64,000 nt of DNA from Octopus sinensis (lineage: Eukaryota). Both the position numbers and the translations under genes were made by a program. The stretch spans positions 62,434,001 through 62,498,000 of the forward strand of contig NC_042999.1 in assembly GCF_006345805.1 (NCBI RefSeq), given 5' to 3'. Position 1 is the stretch's first letter. Every line of letters begins with the position of its first letter. Below are positions 23,869 through 38,629 of the stretch, one piece after another. The notes beneath the pieces are model-generated. The model worked only from the letters and a program-made list of their open reading frames with translations. It did no database searches and was not told where the DNA came from.

Positions 23869-26840
23869 GTAAGAATTTAAACCTCTGTAAGTTTTAAATA
23901 TTCTATTTATCTTTTCTGGGTATTAAAAGATAGTTTAAAATTTACATTTTCTTTAAAAGCATCTAAATTTCAGTGAAAAATTTCATCATTTCTGTTTTTT
24001 TGATGGGGTTTTGCCATTTGGATTATAAGATAGTAGAAATATTAGTCCTCTTTAAAATATGTAGAATATTTAATATAACACATTATAGAAGTATAGTAAC
24101 TAGCACTACAAGATATTTTCTTTCAAGCTATTCTTTCAAACACAAAGATAGTATGAAATTTATATTTTTTTTATAAATATAATGGTTTTAAGGAAAAATT
24201 TCCTTTAGTTTAAAATCAAAGTGTGGTGAACATTTTTCCTTTGAAGTGTCATTGTATTATCTCTATCTCTTTAAAAATATAAGAGTTTGTAAAATTTTTA
24301 TTTGAAAGGCATATTGATGTGCTTTTGCTAATCTTATAGTCTAGTATTTTATTTATTTTACAATAGTAATTTCTTAATATAAGAAATAAGTAAGTTTATT
24401 TTTTCTTATTTAATTTTTCACATAGCATTTAACAGATACCTCTTTCATTTAGCCTACAGTTTTCTTTTTTTTTTTTATATTAATAATTAAATGTTTTTTT
24501 TTCCTAACCTTATAATCTGAAATGTAAACTTTATACCTATGGTATCTTTTTGTTTATTCTTTTTCTTTCCATTGATATAAGGCTTAAAATGCCTATTATT
24601 TTTCTTAAATCTTTATTATAACAAACTACTGAAAATGTTAATGAAAAAATATTTCTTTATATTATAAAAGAGTATTAAAGCTGCAATTATATTTTGTCAT
24701 TTATAGTATCAACTTGTACTTTCAACCTTCAGGAGTTGATAATATAAGTACTAATAAGACACTGGCATTAATTAAATTGACTATATTCTTTGTTTTAAAC
24801 ATTAGCCTAGTTCTTCATCGAAAGAATCTATTATATTTTTTTTTATTTATTCAGTAACTTTGGACTAACATTTTCAGTCATATAAATACTAGCATGTATG
24901 CTTATTTAGTAACAGTTTGTTATCAGTACATACAAAGTATCTGTCAGAGAATTTTTGGAAACTTATAATTACACAATACAATATATAAATCTGATTATAA
25001 TACCATAAAAATATGAGGCTACTACACTAATATTTCTATTTTATACAATTTTATTAGACTTCATTTGAGGAAACCTATCTCCACTAAGCAATCAAATGGA
25101 CTTGCATTTACGTATCTCATCATGGCCAAATTTGTATCCTGGACAAATGAATGATATATATATATATATCTGTTTGGATACCTGCGAGAAATTCTGCTAT
25201 GGAGTGTAGCTTCTCTATGGTCCCTCAATCTGTGAGAAATGGCAACCAAATCGCCATCAGAACAGATCCTATCATTAAAATAAAAGTTGGAGAGGACTGA
25301 AGGTAGTCAATAAATGTAGCACTAGGTACATTTTATCTCAAAAAGATGAGATAGTCATGGATGGGGTTCTTTTCACCATAGGTTTGCTCGACCATTGGAT
25401 ATCTAGGGGCTAAACAACACACACATACATGCACACAAAACTCACTTATATGCACTCATACACACAGTAAACAAATATAGCAGCTTAAAATTTTGCTCAA
25501 ATTATTTTCTAAATATGGGTGGAAAAATTTAAGTTAGTTACACATACTGTTTGAATTTATGTCTCGTGGCTCTTTGTTTTGTTTTTTGTTTATTTTGTTT
25601 CTTTTTTCAATATTAATGCCATAAACATTAAATAGATAGTAAAAATATATATAATTGGTAAGATTTCAATTATGATACATGGCTAATTTGGTCAGTAATT
25701 CATCTCGCATGTTGCGTTTGTTTATATTTTATGAATTTTGGGGAGTGAATTGGAAGCGTTTCTTTGTAGGAATCAGTGTTTAATCTCATTTCCAGGAAAT
25801 AATTTTAAAAATACAAACAAGAAAGTATGTATATACTAAGAATTATATCCCATCACCATTTACCAAAAAAATATCAAATACCTTAAAATTTCATTTGAGC
25901 TGTTTTATCCACATTTAGTCTCAAGCCATCAATCAGTATTTGAAATATTTCATCAGGAATTATCATATTATATATATATATATATTCATAATTTAGTATT
26001 TCAGCAAAGAAAAAAATAATAATAAACGATATATTTTTTGTGTTTTAAAACCCATTGAATTAATGTTTTTTTTTTTTTTTTTAGCAACACATTTATTTAC
26101 ATTATCAATACTACATTGCAATTGTTTATTTAGTAACATAGTAACTGAAGCATAAAATCCTACAATGTTTTATTGTCTTCACTTATGAAGTGCTTTGATT
26201 ATTATTTTCAGGAATGAAAGGTTTAGATGTTTATATTGCTTTAAATATATTCTTCTGGACACACTGCTGCTGACAGCCAGTGGGAGTCTATTGTTCAGTT
26301 AGTTACCAGTTCTCTATTGTAAATTTCATACACTTCTTTCCCACCACTATTCACAACATTCAAGGAAATAATCATAGGCTTATGTAAAGCCATTTCATTT
26401 ATGTTAAATGATTACCCTGGATTATCATTTCCCTTGTATTCAACTGTTTCACATCATCCGTCTTTTTACATATACATATTATGCATACATACATATATAT
26501 GTATGCATACATCTATGTATAGTATATATATACACACACATACACGTATAATACAGATATTAAACCTGTATTGTAATGACAGCCCTTGTTTAAAATTTTT
26601 GAATACCTGCATTCATACCATCGCCACCCATCTTCATTTTCATCATAACTGTTGCTTTATGATATTAGACACGTGTGTGTGTGTGTATGTACACAAGTAT
26701 ATGTTTGTGTTTGTATTTGTATATGTGTGTGTCTGTTTGAAGGGAGGAAGTAAATTAAATAAAAGTAAGAAAACTGCAAAAAACATCAGTAGTTAGGAAA
26801 CATTTATTTCAAACCATTATGTGCCTCATATATTCATGTG

Positions 26841-26844
<4 letters not shown>

Positions 26845-26931
<87 letters not shown>
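26845..26931. repeat. (TA)n microsatellite
   Basis: Seen directly. Confidence 0.95.
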
Positions 26932-26934
<3 letters not shown>

Positions 26935-29900
26935 CAGTTTTCTCTGTTATATCTACATTAATCAAATATTACATTAGTTAAAGCCAAAACCAAAAGTAAA
27001 GGAGGTATTTTAGTATCATAATTTTAAGAGGTCAAATCATTCCTTTGGATATAATCTTGAAGGTTCTTAGTAATCTTTTGTGCTAATATTATTAATATTA
27101 GTTATATGACAGGTGCAGGGAAAGCTTATAATTCAGCTATTACTCCCCTTTTTGATTATAAAATTTAGAGAATCAAAAATGAGACCACACATTATTCATC
27201 TCTCTACATTCTGTTTCATTCATTCCTAAATATTATAACCGAACTTAAACTATTTTCTGTTTTTATCAACTAACATTAATATAATGCTAACTTTTAGTTT
27301 TCTCTTTATTAATTTTTCTTTTTTTCTTTCTTTAGTTGTACCTTTTCTTTTCACTCTTGACTAAATCTCCTTTAAATAGTTTCAAAGTATTCTTTAACAT
27401 TTTCATTATTCTATCAAATAGTTTTTTTGTTTTGTTTTTTTAACGATGGTTGTTAAAATATTTAAAAAAATTAAAACTCAGTTCAGCCTCAAGATTTGAT
27501 TTACTTCAAAAATGTAATCATGATATCGTATTTGAAGTATTATTATAATTTGGTTGCAATGTTACTAATTGCTTAGGTATTTGTCTCTAGATTGGTAGGT
27601 CCAGTATTACATTACCTTACTTCAAACAATATTTACATCATGGCAACTCATCATCCACTCACAATTTTCAAATTTGGTATCTTGATTCATTAGGTGTTCT
27701 AAATTTTAAAAAAAACACTATCAGCCATCTTCATTTAGGTGCTTGTCATCATATTGCCAACTGTATCCTTCATTACAGTTCTTAGAGATCATCAAAACAT
27801 TGTTGTTGACTTTATTTTTTTAAAAAAGAAGCAGTTATTATCTCCTATTTACTTTATTATTATTATTCTTTTGTTTTCAACACATTTGCATGCAAAGATG
27901 TTTCTAAGTTCATACACATGTTAATAATAGTTTTAGTTTTAAATATTCTAACAGCTGGTATCCAGCTATGGGCTTCCTTAAGATTTGCCTTTTGCCACAT
28001 ACTTTTTAAGTTTTTCAAATTTAGCTTATGCAACAAATATTTGTATTTCATAAATTAATAAATAATTCGCATGAAAATATTTCTATAAAATGTACTTCAA
28101 AGTATTACATTTGGTCTGTTTCCATTTTACTATGATATAGCTATTTTTTAAAATTTCAATCTGACAAAGCTTGATGAAAATATTGCAACATTCCCACCTC
28201 TGCCTTCTCCTCTTCCTTTCACCTCCTTTTTTCTCTTTCGAATTTCTCATTTTTGTTTCATATTTTGAAGCAAGTTAACTGATTCCAGTTTTCAGGTATG
28301 TCATATTTTGCCTCCTTTTCCCCCACATATTCTTCATAATGTACATTCAGTATCTTATTAAAATGATACTTGATACAGTTTATTTCTACAGTCTGCCCCA
28401 TCATTGCAATAATTAGCATTTCAACCCAAGGTTTTGGTCTGGTTATATATCTGATTTTTCTATTCTTCAAAACTTTCATTTGTCTTCCTCAGAAAAAAAA
28501 ATGTTTTTAAGCTATCTCTGTATATTTTATTTGCTTCCTTCTGATTTCTTTAGGTCCTATTTTATTAATTTCTTCTTTCCTTCCTCTTTCAATAGTTGTC
28601 TAAACTATTCATTACACAACATGCTACACAGATTTCCTCATTCTTGCACATTCATCCCCAATAATATATTTGTGTTCATCATTTTACAACAGATATAAAA
28701 ACATTATATACATATATCTATATTATAAGATTTGGTGTTTTCGTGAGTGATGTGTGCCTATTTGTATATGTTGATATATCCTTTTTTTTTTTTTTTAAGT
28801 AGCTCATGGAGAGCCTTTTTAGGCCCTCTGCTACTGATTCAACTTCCTATGAGCAGCTTGCCTTTGAAAAAAAGAATTGTTGGGAAGAAAATGAAAGAGT
28901 CAAGATTAATACAAAATTATTGTTTATTGTTAGGCTATAAACTAAAGCATAAACCGATGAAGAGCTCAGGCTAAAACAGCAATCCATACTTCATCTAAAC
29001 AGCACAACACTACAGTTTTATTTCCCATCTGACTAACCACTAGCCTATCAAATATGTGACTGTTCTTATTTGCAACTAGAATAGTCTATTAAAATATATA
29101 TCTTTATCAATATGTCAGCAATGATAAAAAGAAATTATTATATAGACCTACCCAATCTATTTCAGCAAGGAAAGAAAGTTTTAATTTTAAATGACTAGAA
29201 AGATATTACTATAAACAAGTATCTTCAATTTCTTATTCACTGATGTGACTTGATTTCTTCTTACCCTCTTTCATAGCCATTCTCTACAATAGGTTATTCA
29301 ACTGTATTTTCAATACATATTACCACCTGCTAGGTTTAACAAATCCAGTCCCTTTCACCATCGAGCTTATTCTTTTTCTACTGTGGCATAGAAAATTTTT
29401 GTATTTTTCTTTTTGTTTACCTTATATTTTTATTTTAAATTATAATACTTGGTTAAAGTTACATTTAATTTAGGAGTGTAAAATAACTAACATGGTTTAA
29501 CTATATGCTTCTATCTAATAATTTCTGTAAATAACTGAATATATTACTGGATAGTTTGAAATGGAAAGATTTACAGGGGAAGTAACTCACATTTACTCAG
29601 AGAGGATACTAGAAATTTGTCAGTCCTACTTCATCAGTCTTATTCTCAATATATCCATTTTGTATTTAAGATTATTGCACTCAATGTTATTAATAACTAA
29701 TAGGCCCATTCGCATTTGTATTGTTTCTCGGTTTAAGATCTAAAGGTTCAGAAAACTTCCGATTATATATGTTTTTGAGTTAGCTATCTCTACTTGTGTG
29801 TTTTGGGTCTTTCACTTCAATATAGTCCCTATGGTACACAAAATTTAGATGCTTACTATAGAAATGTAATAATATAGTTGACAGTTATTTTATTTAATTT

Positions 29901-30409
29901 GTTTTCTTGTTAGTTTTTTTTTTTTTAAATAATCCATTTTTAAAAAATCCTTTATAAATTTAATAATTCCTTATGTTATTTTCTAATATGTCTTATTTAA
30001 ACATGTATTATTAATTCCTATTATTTTTTGCTATTCTGAAATGTTTTTGTTTAGATTTATCTGACATTAGTTGTGTGTAGTTTTAAATTCTTTGATATAT
30101 ATATTTAATCTTTTCATCTATATGTTAATATCTTGTAATATTTTTTCGAAAATATCTATTTTCAGGATATTGTTTGATGTTTAACTCCTCTGAAATGGTT
30201 ATTTGATAAATTCTATTGACTTATTCTTGGTTATTCACTTCTTTTTTTTTTTTTCAAATCAAACTGTAGCTTATCAAAATTAACTTAATATGTAAAAATA
30301 AGTAACTCATTATTTTTTTTAAGTATGTCGATAACAAGTTATTCTTGGTGTTTCAACATTTAAATTCATAGAGGTATACTTACGTATATAAGCAGAAGTG
30401 CATCATTCT

Positions 30410-30676
30410 TATATATATGTATGTATATATGTATATGTATACATATGCACATGTATATATACGTATGTATATATATATATGTATATATGTGTGTGTATGT
30501 GTATATATGTGTGTGTGTATGTATATACATACATACATATATGTATGTGTGTGTATGTATATATATGTGTGTGTGTGTATATATGTGTGTGCGTGTGTAT
30601 GTATATACATATATGTATGTGTGTGTATATATATATATATGTTTGTGCGTATGTGTGTGTATATATATATATACAC

Positions 30677-30726
<50 letters not shown>

Positions 30727-30961
30727 ATGTATGTAATATGTATATGTGTGTATATATATGTATATATCTATATATGTATATATCTATATATGTATATATA
30801 CATGTATATATGTATGTATATATTTATGTACGTATATCTCTATATATGTATGTATATGCATGTATGTATATATCTATGTATATATTTATGTATGTATATA
30901 TCTATATATGTATGTATATGCATGTATGTATATATATCTATATATGTATGTATGTACATAT

Positions 30962-30997
<36 letters not shown>

Positions 30998-31036
30998 GTA
31001 TACATATATATGTATATATATATGTATGTATACATA

Positions 31037-31067
<31 letters not shown>

Positions 31068-31310
31068 GTATATATATATGTATGTATACATATATATGTA
31101 TATATATATATATATTTATATGTATATATATATGTATGTATACATATATATGTATATATATATATATATTTATATGTATATATATATATATATATATTTA
31201 TATGTATATCTATATATGTATGTGTGCATATACATATATAATATACATATATGTATGCATATATATATATACATACAAACATACGTACATACATATATAC
31301 ATACATACAT
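30410..31310. repeat. ~900-bp compound (TA)/(TG)/(TATG) microsatellite
   Basis: Seen directly. It is the source of the long Y/I/M/C/V ORFs in the track. Confidence 0.95.
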
Positions 31311-31974
31311 GCAGAGAGAAAGAACGAGACAGCCATCCCTATGTTACATTTAATATGTAGATGCTGATTCCAATTCTTATAAAGATTTCTAGAGTCTAAA
31401 TTTACCATCATGTGTGGATTTTGAAATACATATAATATTAATCAGACTTCACTGTTTTCTTTATAGTCGTAGTATTCACAGTTTTTTTTTTCTTTTGTAT
31501 ATAAACAAAAATTACGAATTTGTGAAATATAATGCTTTTAGATATTTGTAGCTTTGATCAAATTCAAATAACTAATTTTTGTCTGCAGAACATAAGAAAA
31601 ATTGTAACAATATCTAACAAATTATTGTAAATATTTACATTCATTTAATCCTGTATAGCTGCAAATGAAAAATGAAGCTTCCTGGTTATTTATACTTTTT
31701 GAATGTTAGCTTAAAAGTGTAACCAAATATTTTCATAAATTTTGTGCAGATTGTTAGTGAGAAATTTTGCATTTGAAAATTTTGTTAATGTTATATTTTT
31801 AAAAAATTAAATTGATCATAATGTGCTAAATGTAAGTATTTTATTAATTTCCAAACGGAATTTAGAATTAATAATTCTTCTGTAATAGTAGAAATCTAAT
31901 TTTTGTAACAGTGGGGGCATCTGTTATCAAAAGAAGCATTAATAGAACAAATTATACCAAATAATAATTCTGAA

Positions 31975-32194
31975 CTCTGTAGCATTCATATTACTCTGTC
32001 AAATGCAATGCTTATTTATTCACATTGTTTTGAATTAATTGTGCATTATCTCATAGCTTTGAGACTTTAATGAAGTAATTGTTTATTTTTTTAATGACAT
32101 CGTAGGTGAGGTGTAAGAGGCCAAATCTGACTGATTTTAATATAAAACAGATAGAACATTTGAGCTAGGTGTGGTTGGTTTAACTACTAAAAGG
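31975..32194. mobile_element. Degenerate piggyBac-type (TTAA) MITE
   Basis: Ends tgaa|ctctgtagcatt and actactaaaagg|ttaa, decayed forms of TTAA-CCCTTTAGCATT termini. The interior resembles a common octopus repeat as I recall it. Confidence 0.6.
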
Positions 32195-35100
32195 TTAATA
32201 GCTAGGACTGCTGTTAGAAAATTGCAAAGTATCTCAGCATAAAAATTTAAAAGTTATTTACAATGGTACAGTTCCAAGTAGATTTTCATAATAAAAATTG
32301 ATAAAGAATATTCATTGTCAGATTTGAAGTCGCCTTCAAAAAATGTCTTTCAAGTCCTCTCACAAACATTGTTGTCCATTCTTATGAGAAAAAATGCATC
32401 GTAAAGGAATACTCTAACATGGTAGTTTAGAAATAAAGACTTTGAAAGAAGGCAAAAATGTTTCCCTTCATTGATTTAGAACATTTCCTAAATGTAAGAA
32501 AAATTGTTTTGACTTACTTCTGCAAATGAAATATGCACCATAGCATATTTCATTATTATTATTGTTAATTTAATCAGCTTCTTTTTATATTCTTAAAACA
32601 CCTTAATGTTATTGAAGTTAATATTTTTTCATCAATTCCTAAAAAAATAAACTAAACAGAATGTAATTTGTTTCTAGAGTCAAATTTATAATTTCTGACA
32701 GGTTTTTCTTTAACATTAAAATAAAATAATAACATTTAAAATTTAGTCAGAGCTAGATGTGTGATTATAGTATGAGTTATGAATAATAAATATTTATATG
32801 TATTTATACATATCTATAGGTATTTAATCTCAGCGATAGATTAGACACACAATGGCATATTTGGCATGAAGATTGAGTTGCTCAGATTCATTGTTATCTA
32901 ACAAACCATCCGGATTCTCTTACCTCTCTTTTCCAAACAGCCACGAACAGTAGCTGAAGGCTTCTTATTAAAATGTAAACAAATATGTGAACTGTTAAAT
33001 AACAATGAAATCAGTTAATCTGATACTCAATCCAAGTGGCTGGACAAGCCCTCTAGGATAACATTTGCAGTGACTCTAACTACATTGGTACTCCTCTAAT
33101 TACCATCTAATTGTCAGTGTTGTACCATTATGCAAATGAAATTGTGCCCTTACACATATTTATTTACATTTTAATATGTAGCCTTCAGCTAATTTCATTT
33201 GCAGTTTGAGGAAGAGAGGTGAGCAAATCTTTAAATAACAATAAAAACCAGTCTGTTCACTTCTCATCTTAAATTGACAAAAAGGTTGCTGTGGGTCTAA
33301 TTTCTCGACTAGGATGATGATGATGATGATGATATATATAGATATGTGTATATAAAATACTTATATGCTGATTTATTTATTATTAATTTTATTGACTAGT
33401 GTATTTTGGTGGCTTTCCAGATTTCAACCAGTTACTCTGTTATGTAAGATTGTTATCAGCTGGTTGATCAGTCATCATTTTGAAGTAGTTTGATACAGAA
33501 AACTTTTTTGTAAAACATTCTATTTTAACTTTAACAGATAGAATGTTTTATTGATAAACTATAGCAACCAAACTTAATATGATAAAAATAAAATTTAGTT
33601 TTGTTGAAATGTCAATGTAAACAAATGTCATATTTTAAACTTTCTTATATCATCATATTATTTCATTTTCCAAATCCTGTCTACAGTTGTATAATTTCTT
33701 GCATATCATTCATTATAATTCCTTGTAAATGTATAGTGAAGTAAATAGAATTCTCTAAGTTCAGAAAGTCTTAAAGAGATAAACAATTACAATAGGAAGC
33801 TAAATTTATTAAGTTGCTTATCCAGGACAGGAAATCAGCTAATTTTGATGGATTAATATAATATAATATTTTAGCTTTTTTGAATTAAACTAATCATTTA
33901 AAGCATTTTCTGTTAATAACAGATTTAAAAGATTGGTTTGTTGAATCCATATCTAAATATTTTACAAGAAATTAGCCTCTCCTATCTTAGATTCTTCAGA
34001 TTTGCAATATGATAGTTTTTGTGCAGTTAAAATATAAAATCTACCAGGTTTCAATTATATTAGTACATTTTACCTATTAATATTATAAAAACTAACAATT
34101 TTAGCTCTACCGTCTCCTATCTTTTTCTTTCTGTTTTTAGAGTTTGTTTTCTTGTTTAGAGCATTCTGTCCTCTGACATTATTTTAGATAATAATTGTTA
34201 TTTTCCCTATACCAGATGCTATGATTTGGTACTCGTTTCTTCAGTTATTCTATCAAAACATTTTTCAATACTGCTTAATTTCCATTCCCTTTACATTTAG
34301 ATAGCTTAGTACACACTTCTCTGTATAGGTTCTAACTGAGTACAAAGGTATTTCATTTTATCTGTATTATATATTTTTCCATGCTAATTATCTTTATTTC
34401 ACCAATTATGTAACATAACTTTTAAATTAGTTTTTCTAGATATGATTCTTTTTGCAATTTGCTTAATTCTTTCAAGTTTTCTCATAGGAATGTGTTCTTT
34501 ACTTACTGATAAAAGTTTAAATTTACATCATTTTTTTTTTCAACCAATTATGAAAATTTAATCTTTTTTCAGGAACTTTTACTTTAACTCTAACATATGA
34601 ATTATTCTTGTATAAGTTATTTAAACTATATTTTTATACATATCAGCATAGTGAGTTTGCAAACATTTACTCATACAGTAGCAAGTTCACCTTATTGAGA
34701 ACATCATTCTGTTAGAAAAAGAAAAGCTCTCTCTGTGTACCCTTAGAATGTCAAGCCAAAGTAGAAATTCTTACTTTTTTCAATATTTGTCTAACTAATC
34801 TTATAAGGATGCTATTTCTTTTATTTGTATTTCATTTTGTTTCAAATGTTATTTCAAATGAAGTAAACTATCGAATTCTGTTGCAATAACCTATAAACTC
34901 ACTTTCAGATTAAAAAAAAAAAATTTCAAAAAGAAGTGGTGTAATTATTTCCCTGCTGAATTTATACTGAACATAAGTTCAGAAACCAAAGTGATGGAGG
35001 GATGCTGTGTTGGAGATAAACCAGCAGCTGACCTTATCCTTGGGAAATGTGTTGATTCCATTGAGAATATACTTCAAGGATCATGAAAGTGGAGGACATT

Positions 35101-36523
35101 CAAATCAAGCTTTTCAGATTAGATCCTGTGTGGAATTTCCAAACCATTCAATAGGTTTATAACTTGATCCACTCAATCTTGAGCTGACTCTTTGACTATG
35201 TCTACTGCCTAATTGATAACAAGTGGCTACTACAGATGAGTCCCCCAGGGTCAAAAACACGGACTTGGTGTTCCTATTGCAAAACACTGGCCACTACCAG
35301 CTTATAGCTTACTTAAGAACTCATTCTCAATAATTTAAAATTGATGTCAATATCTTAATCAAGCTGGAAGCCTCCTGCCTTGTGAAGGTTGATACCTTCT
35401 TGGAGTAGTTTATTTCATCTTTACCAGATGGTTTGAAGTTCTCCCCAGTTAATATGTTCCAGTTCAGCTTATCTTTATTGTGTCACTTGTCAACTATTTG
35501 TAATGTTGTGGCTCTTGGTTGTACCAATCTCAGGGTTCAATAGGCATATGCCATTAAGCAATTTCCATCTTAACAGTCAGTACTCTGTCAGGCATGGAAT
35601 ATTCCCAAAGGAAACCACCTGTTTGATCTATGAACCTATCTATAAATTTTCAATCTAACCAGTCTATAAATTCTCAATATCCTACAACTTCAAACTCAGA
35701 CAGAGCTAACATATTGAATTGTCACATTTAGAACATTATCCACAATCTCACTAGTAAAACAGGAATTTCTACCACAGCCAAATTTAATCAATCTTACAAA
35801 AAGGAGATGAGCAAATGTGTATTTTCCAACCAGCTTTTAAAGGGAACGAGATGGTTGTTAAATGGAAGTGCTTAAGAAGTGTGAGTAAAACAACTATTAA
35901 GATTAAGATTCTTGAGGACAGATAATATTTAAAGTTGAAGAAATACAAGAAGGATATTGAGAAAAATCAGTTTGAATTTACCCCATTCATAATAGGCTAG
36001 GTAGAAGATTCCACCCTAAAGTTTGACACTTCATCAGGAAGCTATACATTCCAAGGTGAGGAAAGAGAGATATATTGATGGCAGTAGCAACCAGCCAGTT
36101 ATCACAACAGATTTTGTATTCTTTGAAATGCTATCAAGCAAATATCCTTTCATCTTTAAATGGAAGTTGAAAAGAATGAAGGACTCATCCCACAGGTAGA
36201 TGAGATTTGGGACTCTGAAATTATATGAAGAAGAAATTGAAAAAGTATGTTATGCCTTTGTTCTGTTTTTATCTCTAAACATTCACAACAATTTCTTAAA
36301 TATTAAAAAAGAAATTTTACATAAAAAATATAAAATTAAGGAAATAGAATTCATAGACAATATTGAATAATTGACTGAAATCTTGATCAAATTTTCATAA
36401 TTTTTCATCCAATTCAGTTTATTACATTTTTTGTTTTTGTGCTTTCATGACTATCATGTGTTGATTTAAGGACTTCATATATGTGTGTGTGTGTATGTAT
36501 GTGTATATATATGTATATGTATG

Positions 36524-36554
<31 letters not shown>

Positions 36555-36805
36555 GTGTGTGTCTGTGTATTATTCTTTAAGAATAGTATTAACAGTGTTT
36601 TGGCTAGCTAAGCCATCATTGGACTGTCCAATGATGGATTTGAAGTTACTGTCAATACTATTCTTGTTAAAGAATAAATTTGTACTCTACAAAAAGTGTT
36701 AAACAATCCTAATTCTTCAGTTTAATGAAAATTTTTTATTACATAAAAACACACCTACATATATATATATTTATATATATGTATGTATGTGTGTGTGTGT
36801 AGTGA

Positions 36806-37359
36806 TATTAAAAATAGAAGATATTTTTAACAATTTTCCATCAAATTTATCAAGCTTATGGGCTCCCAATGCATTCGTTAGAAAATTATCTACTTTGCAT
36901 TTCAAGTTTTTGTCTCTTTAGGAAGTCTTGTTCTTAATGTTCCATTCCTGTGTTGTTTCTTGTTACAAAATACATACCATTAGTTCCGCTGCTTTATGTT
37001 GTTATCTGTCACTTTTCAGTTGACCAATTAGATGCCATAGGTAAATGTGTGAGGATAATGCTGTTATAAGTTTTAGCAATCATTTTATGTCTATTGCTTG
37101 TCTTGGATTCATTAGATTCATTATTTGTATCACTGTAGTATCTACTATTTTATGATGTTGACTTTCTGTGGTTTTTTGGGAGGATTTTTGTACTGTTTTC
37201 CAATGTTTTCTTAAGATTTTTTTTTTGTATGTTTAGGGAGTACATACATAGTATGCACTCTGTGGTAAGCTCTCTTGGTTTTAATTTTAAAAAATAAATC
37301 CATAAGCTTTAAAAAACTGATGGAAAATCGTTAAAAATATGTTAATCATATTTTTAATA
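36806..37359. mobile_element. MITE-like element with ~55-60-bp imperfect terminal inverted repeats
   Basis: atatttttaacaattttccatca...aagcttatgg (within 36806-36861) is complementary to ccataagctt...tgatggaaaatcgttaaaaatat (within 37300-37359). Confidence 0.7.
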
Positions 37360-38629
37360 CTTAGTAACAAGTTGCTTCAGATTTATCCAAACATGTGCAT
37401 GTTGGTGTTTACATTTTAATCTTGTATTTGTTAGTATGTATGGATAAGAATTGAATAGTATTGAATTTTAGACAAGATATAAAAATATATTATGTAATTA
37501 TATTTTTTACATGGAGTTTATTCACAAATTTTTCTATAGATTTCAGTTAGTAATACATTTTGTCTTCTGAAAATATTTTTGATATAAGGATGAATCTAAT
37601 GTAATAGCTAAGCTGTATCAACTACAGGGCATTGCAATGTATTGAGTTGTATTTCAGCAAAAAATGTTGTCAACAAAAAGTGTTGATCTTGATCTTTGAT
37701 GGCTGTTTTTTCATCTTATTGTACTGATCAACTATGTTTAAATTTGTGTTTCTCACTCTAGTTCTAATGGATGTAAAGTTCTAGAAACAACAAGCTTTTG
37801 TCAATGTACCCATATGATTAGGATGATGTATGATCTAAACTTTCTACTTTTGTTGAGTTAGTTATTTAGCTAATTATAATAGTGGTTAGCATGTCTCATA
37901 GAAATATATCTAAAGGTTATCATACTAGAAATTATCAGCAATAATCACATTTACATACTTAAAATATAACATAACCCATGTCAGGAATTTATAAAAGGGT
38001 AAACCTGTAGGAATACTCAAAAACTGACTAGGAAAGACAATTTATCTATGTCAGCTATTGGTAGAATTCTATCTCCAAACTCAAAATAACAATATTTGGT
38101 ATTCACCAAAACTTTACTTTTTCAATTAGCTTTCTTTTGCTTTCCTGAATGCTGAAAGTGAGTGATAAGCACATCAGAAACACCTCCCTCCATCATTGAC
38201 ATAACAAATTGTTTGTACTCTCAAGTAAGGCTAAGACCTTTAAATGATCTTCAAATGTGGTTTTTAAATGTGCTTTGTTTTATTCTCAAACGACAGTGAA
38301 ATGATTGTAAGAAGAACAAAAATAACCTCTTGCCCACAAAATTCTTTAGACATTATCTCTTGGTAGAATAGAAATCACTTCTTACTCTATTTTCAACCAC
38401 TTTTCCTATTCAGCAGCCATCAATATGGTTTTATAAGAGAGATTTTCTGTAGCATGCATGAATGGTTTTATGCTTTTGATAATTTTCACTAAAATGAAGT
38501 TGTTCCTCTTAACATTTGTAAAGCCTTGAATTAAGTCTGACATTAAGGTTTTGTGGGCAAAACTGCTTGTTCACAAGTCAAGTTTTTGAAAACTTATTTC
38601 AACATCACACACCGATGAAACTTATTCCA

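Noticed and set aside
28258-28479. 73-aa minus-strand ORF as a nested gene
   Set aside because: It resembles a decayed LINE segment (KNRK...VEML...FNKIL...IPENW) and has no exon structure.
28799-28940. Acceptor after poly-T with short ORF MESLFRPSATD...
   Set aside because: The phase-1 reading hits TAG within 7 codons, there is no good donor and no RIM similarity.
30380-31411. Long ORFs (up to 310 aa) rich in Y/I/M/C/V
   Set aside because: They are translations of dinucleotide microsatellite. The same applies to ORFs at 46.2, 49.4-49.8, 50.7-51.0 and 63.2-63.5 kb.
35000-35620. GC-richer block, possible exon
   Set aside because: No open frame with splice sites was found. Probably an old TE remnant that I could not classify.
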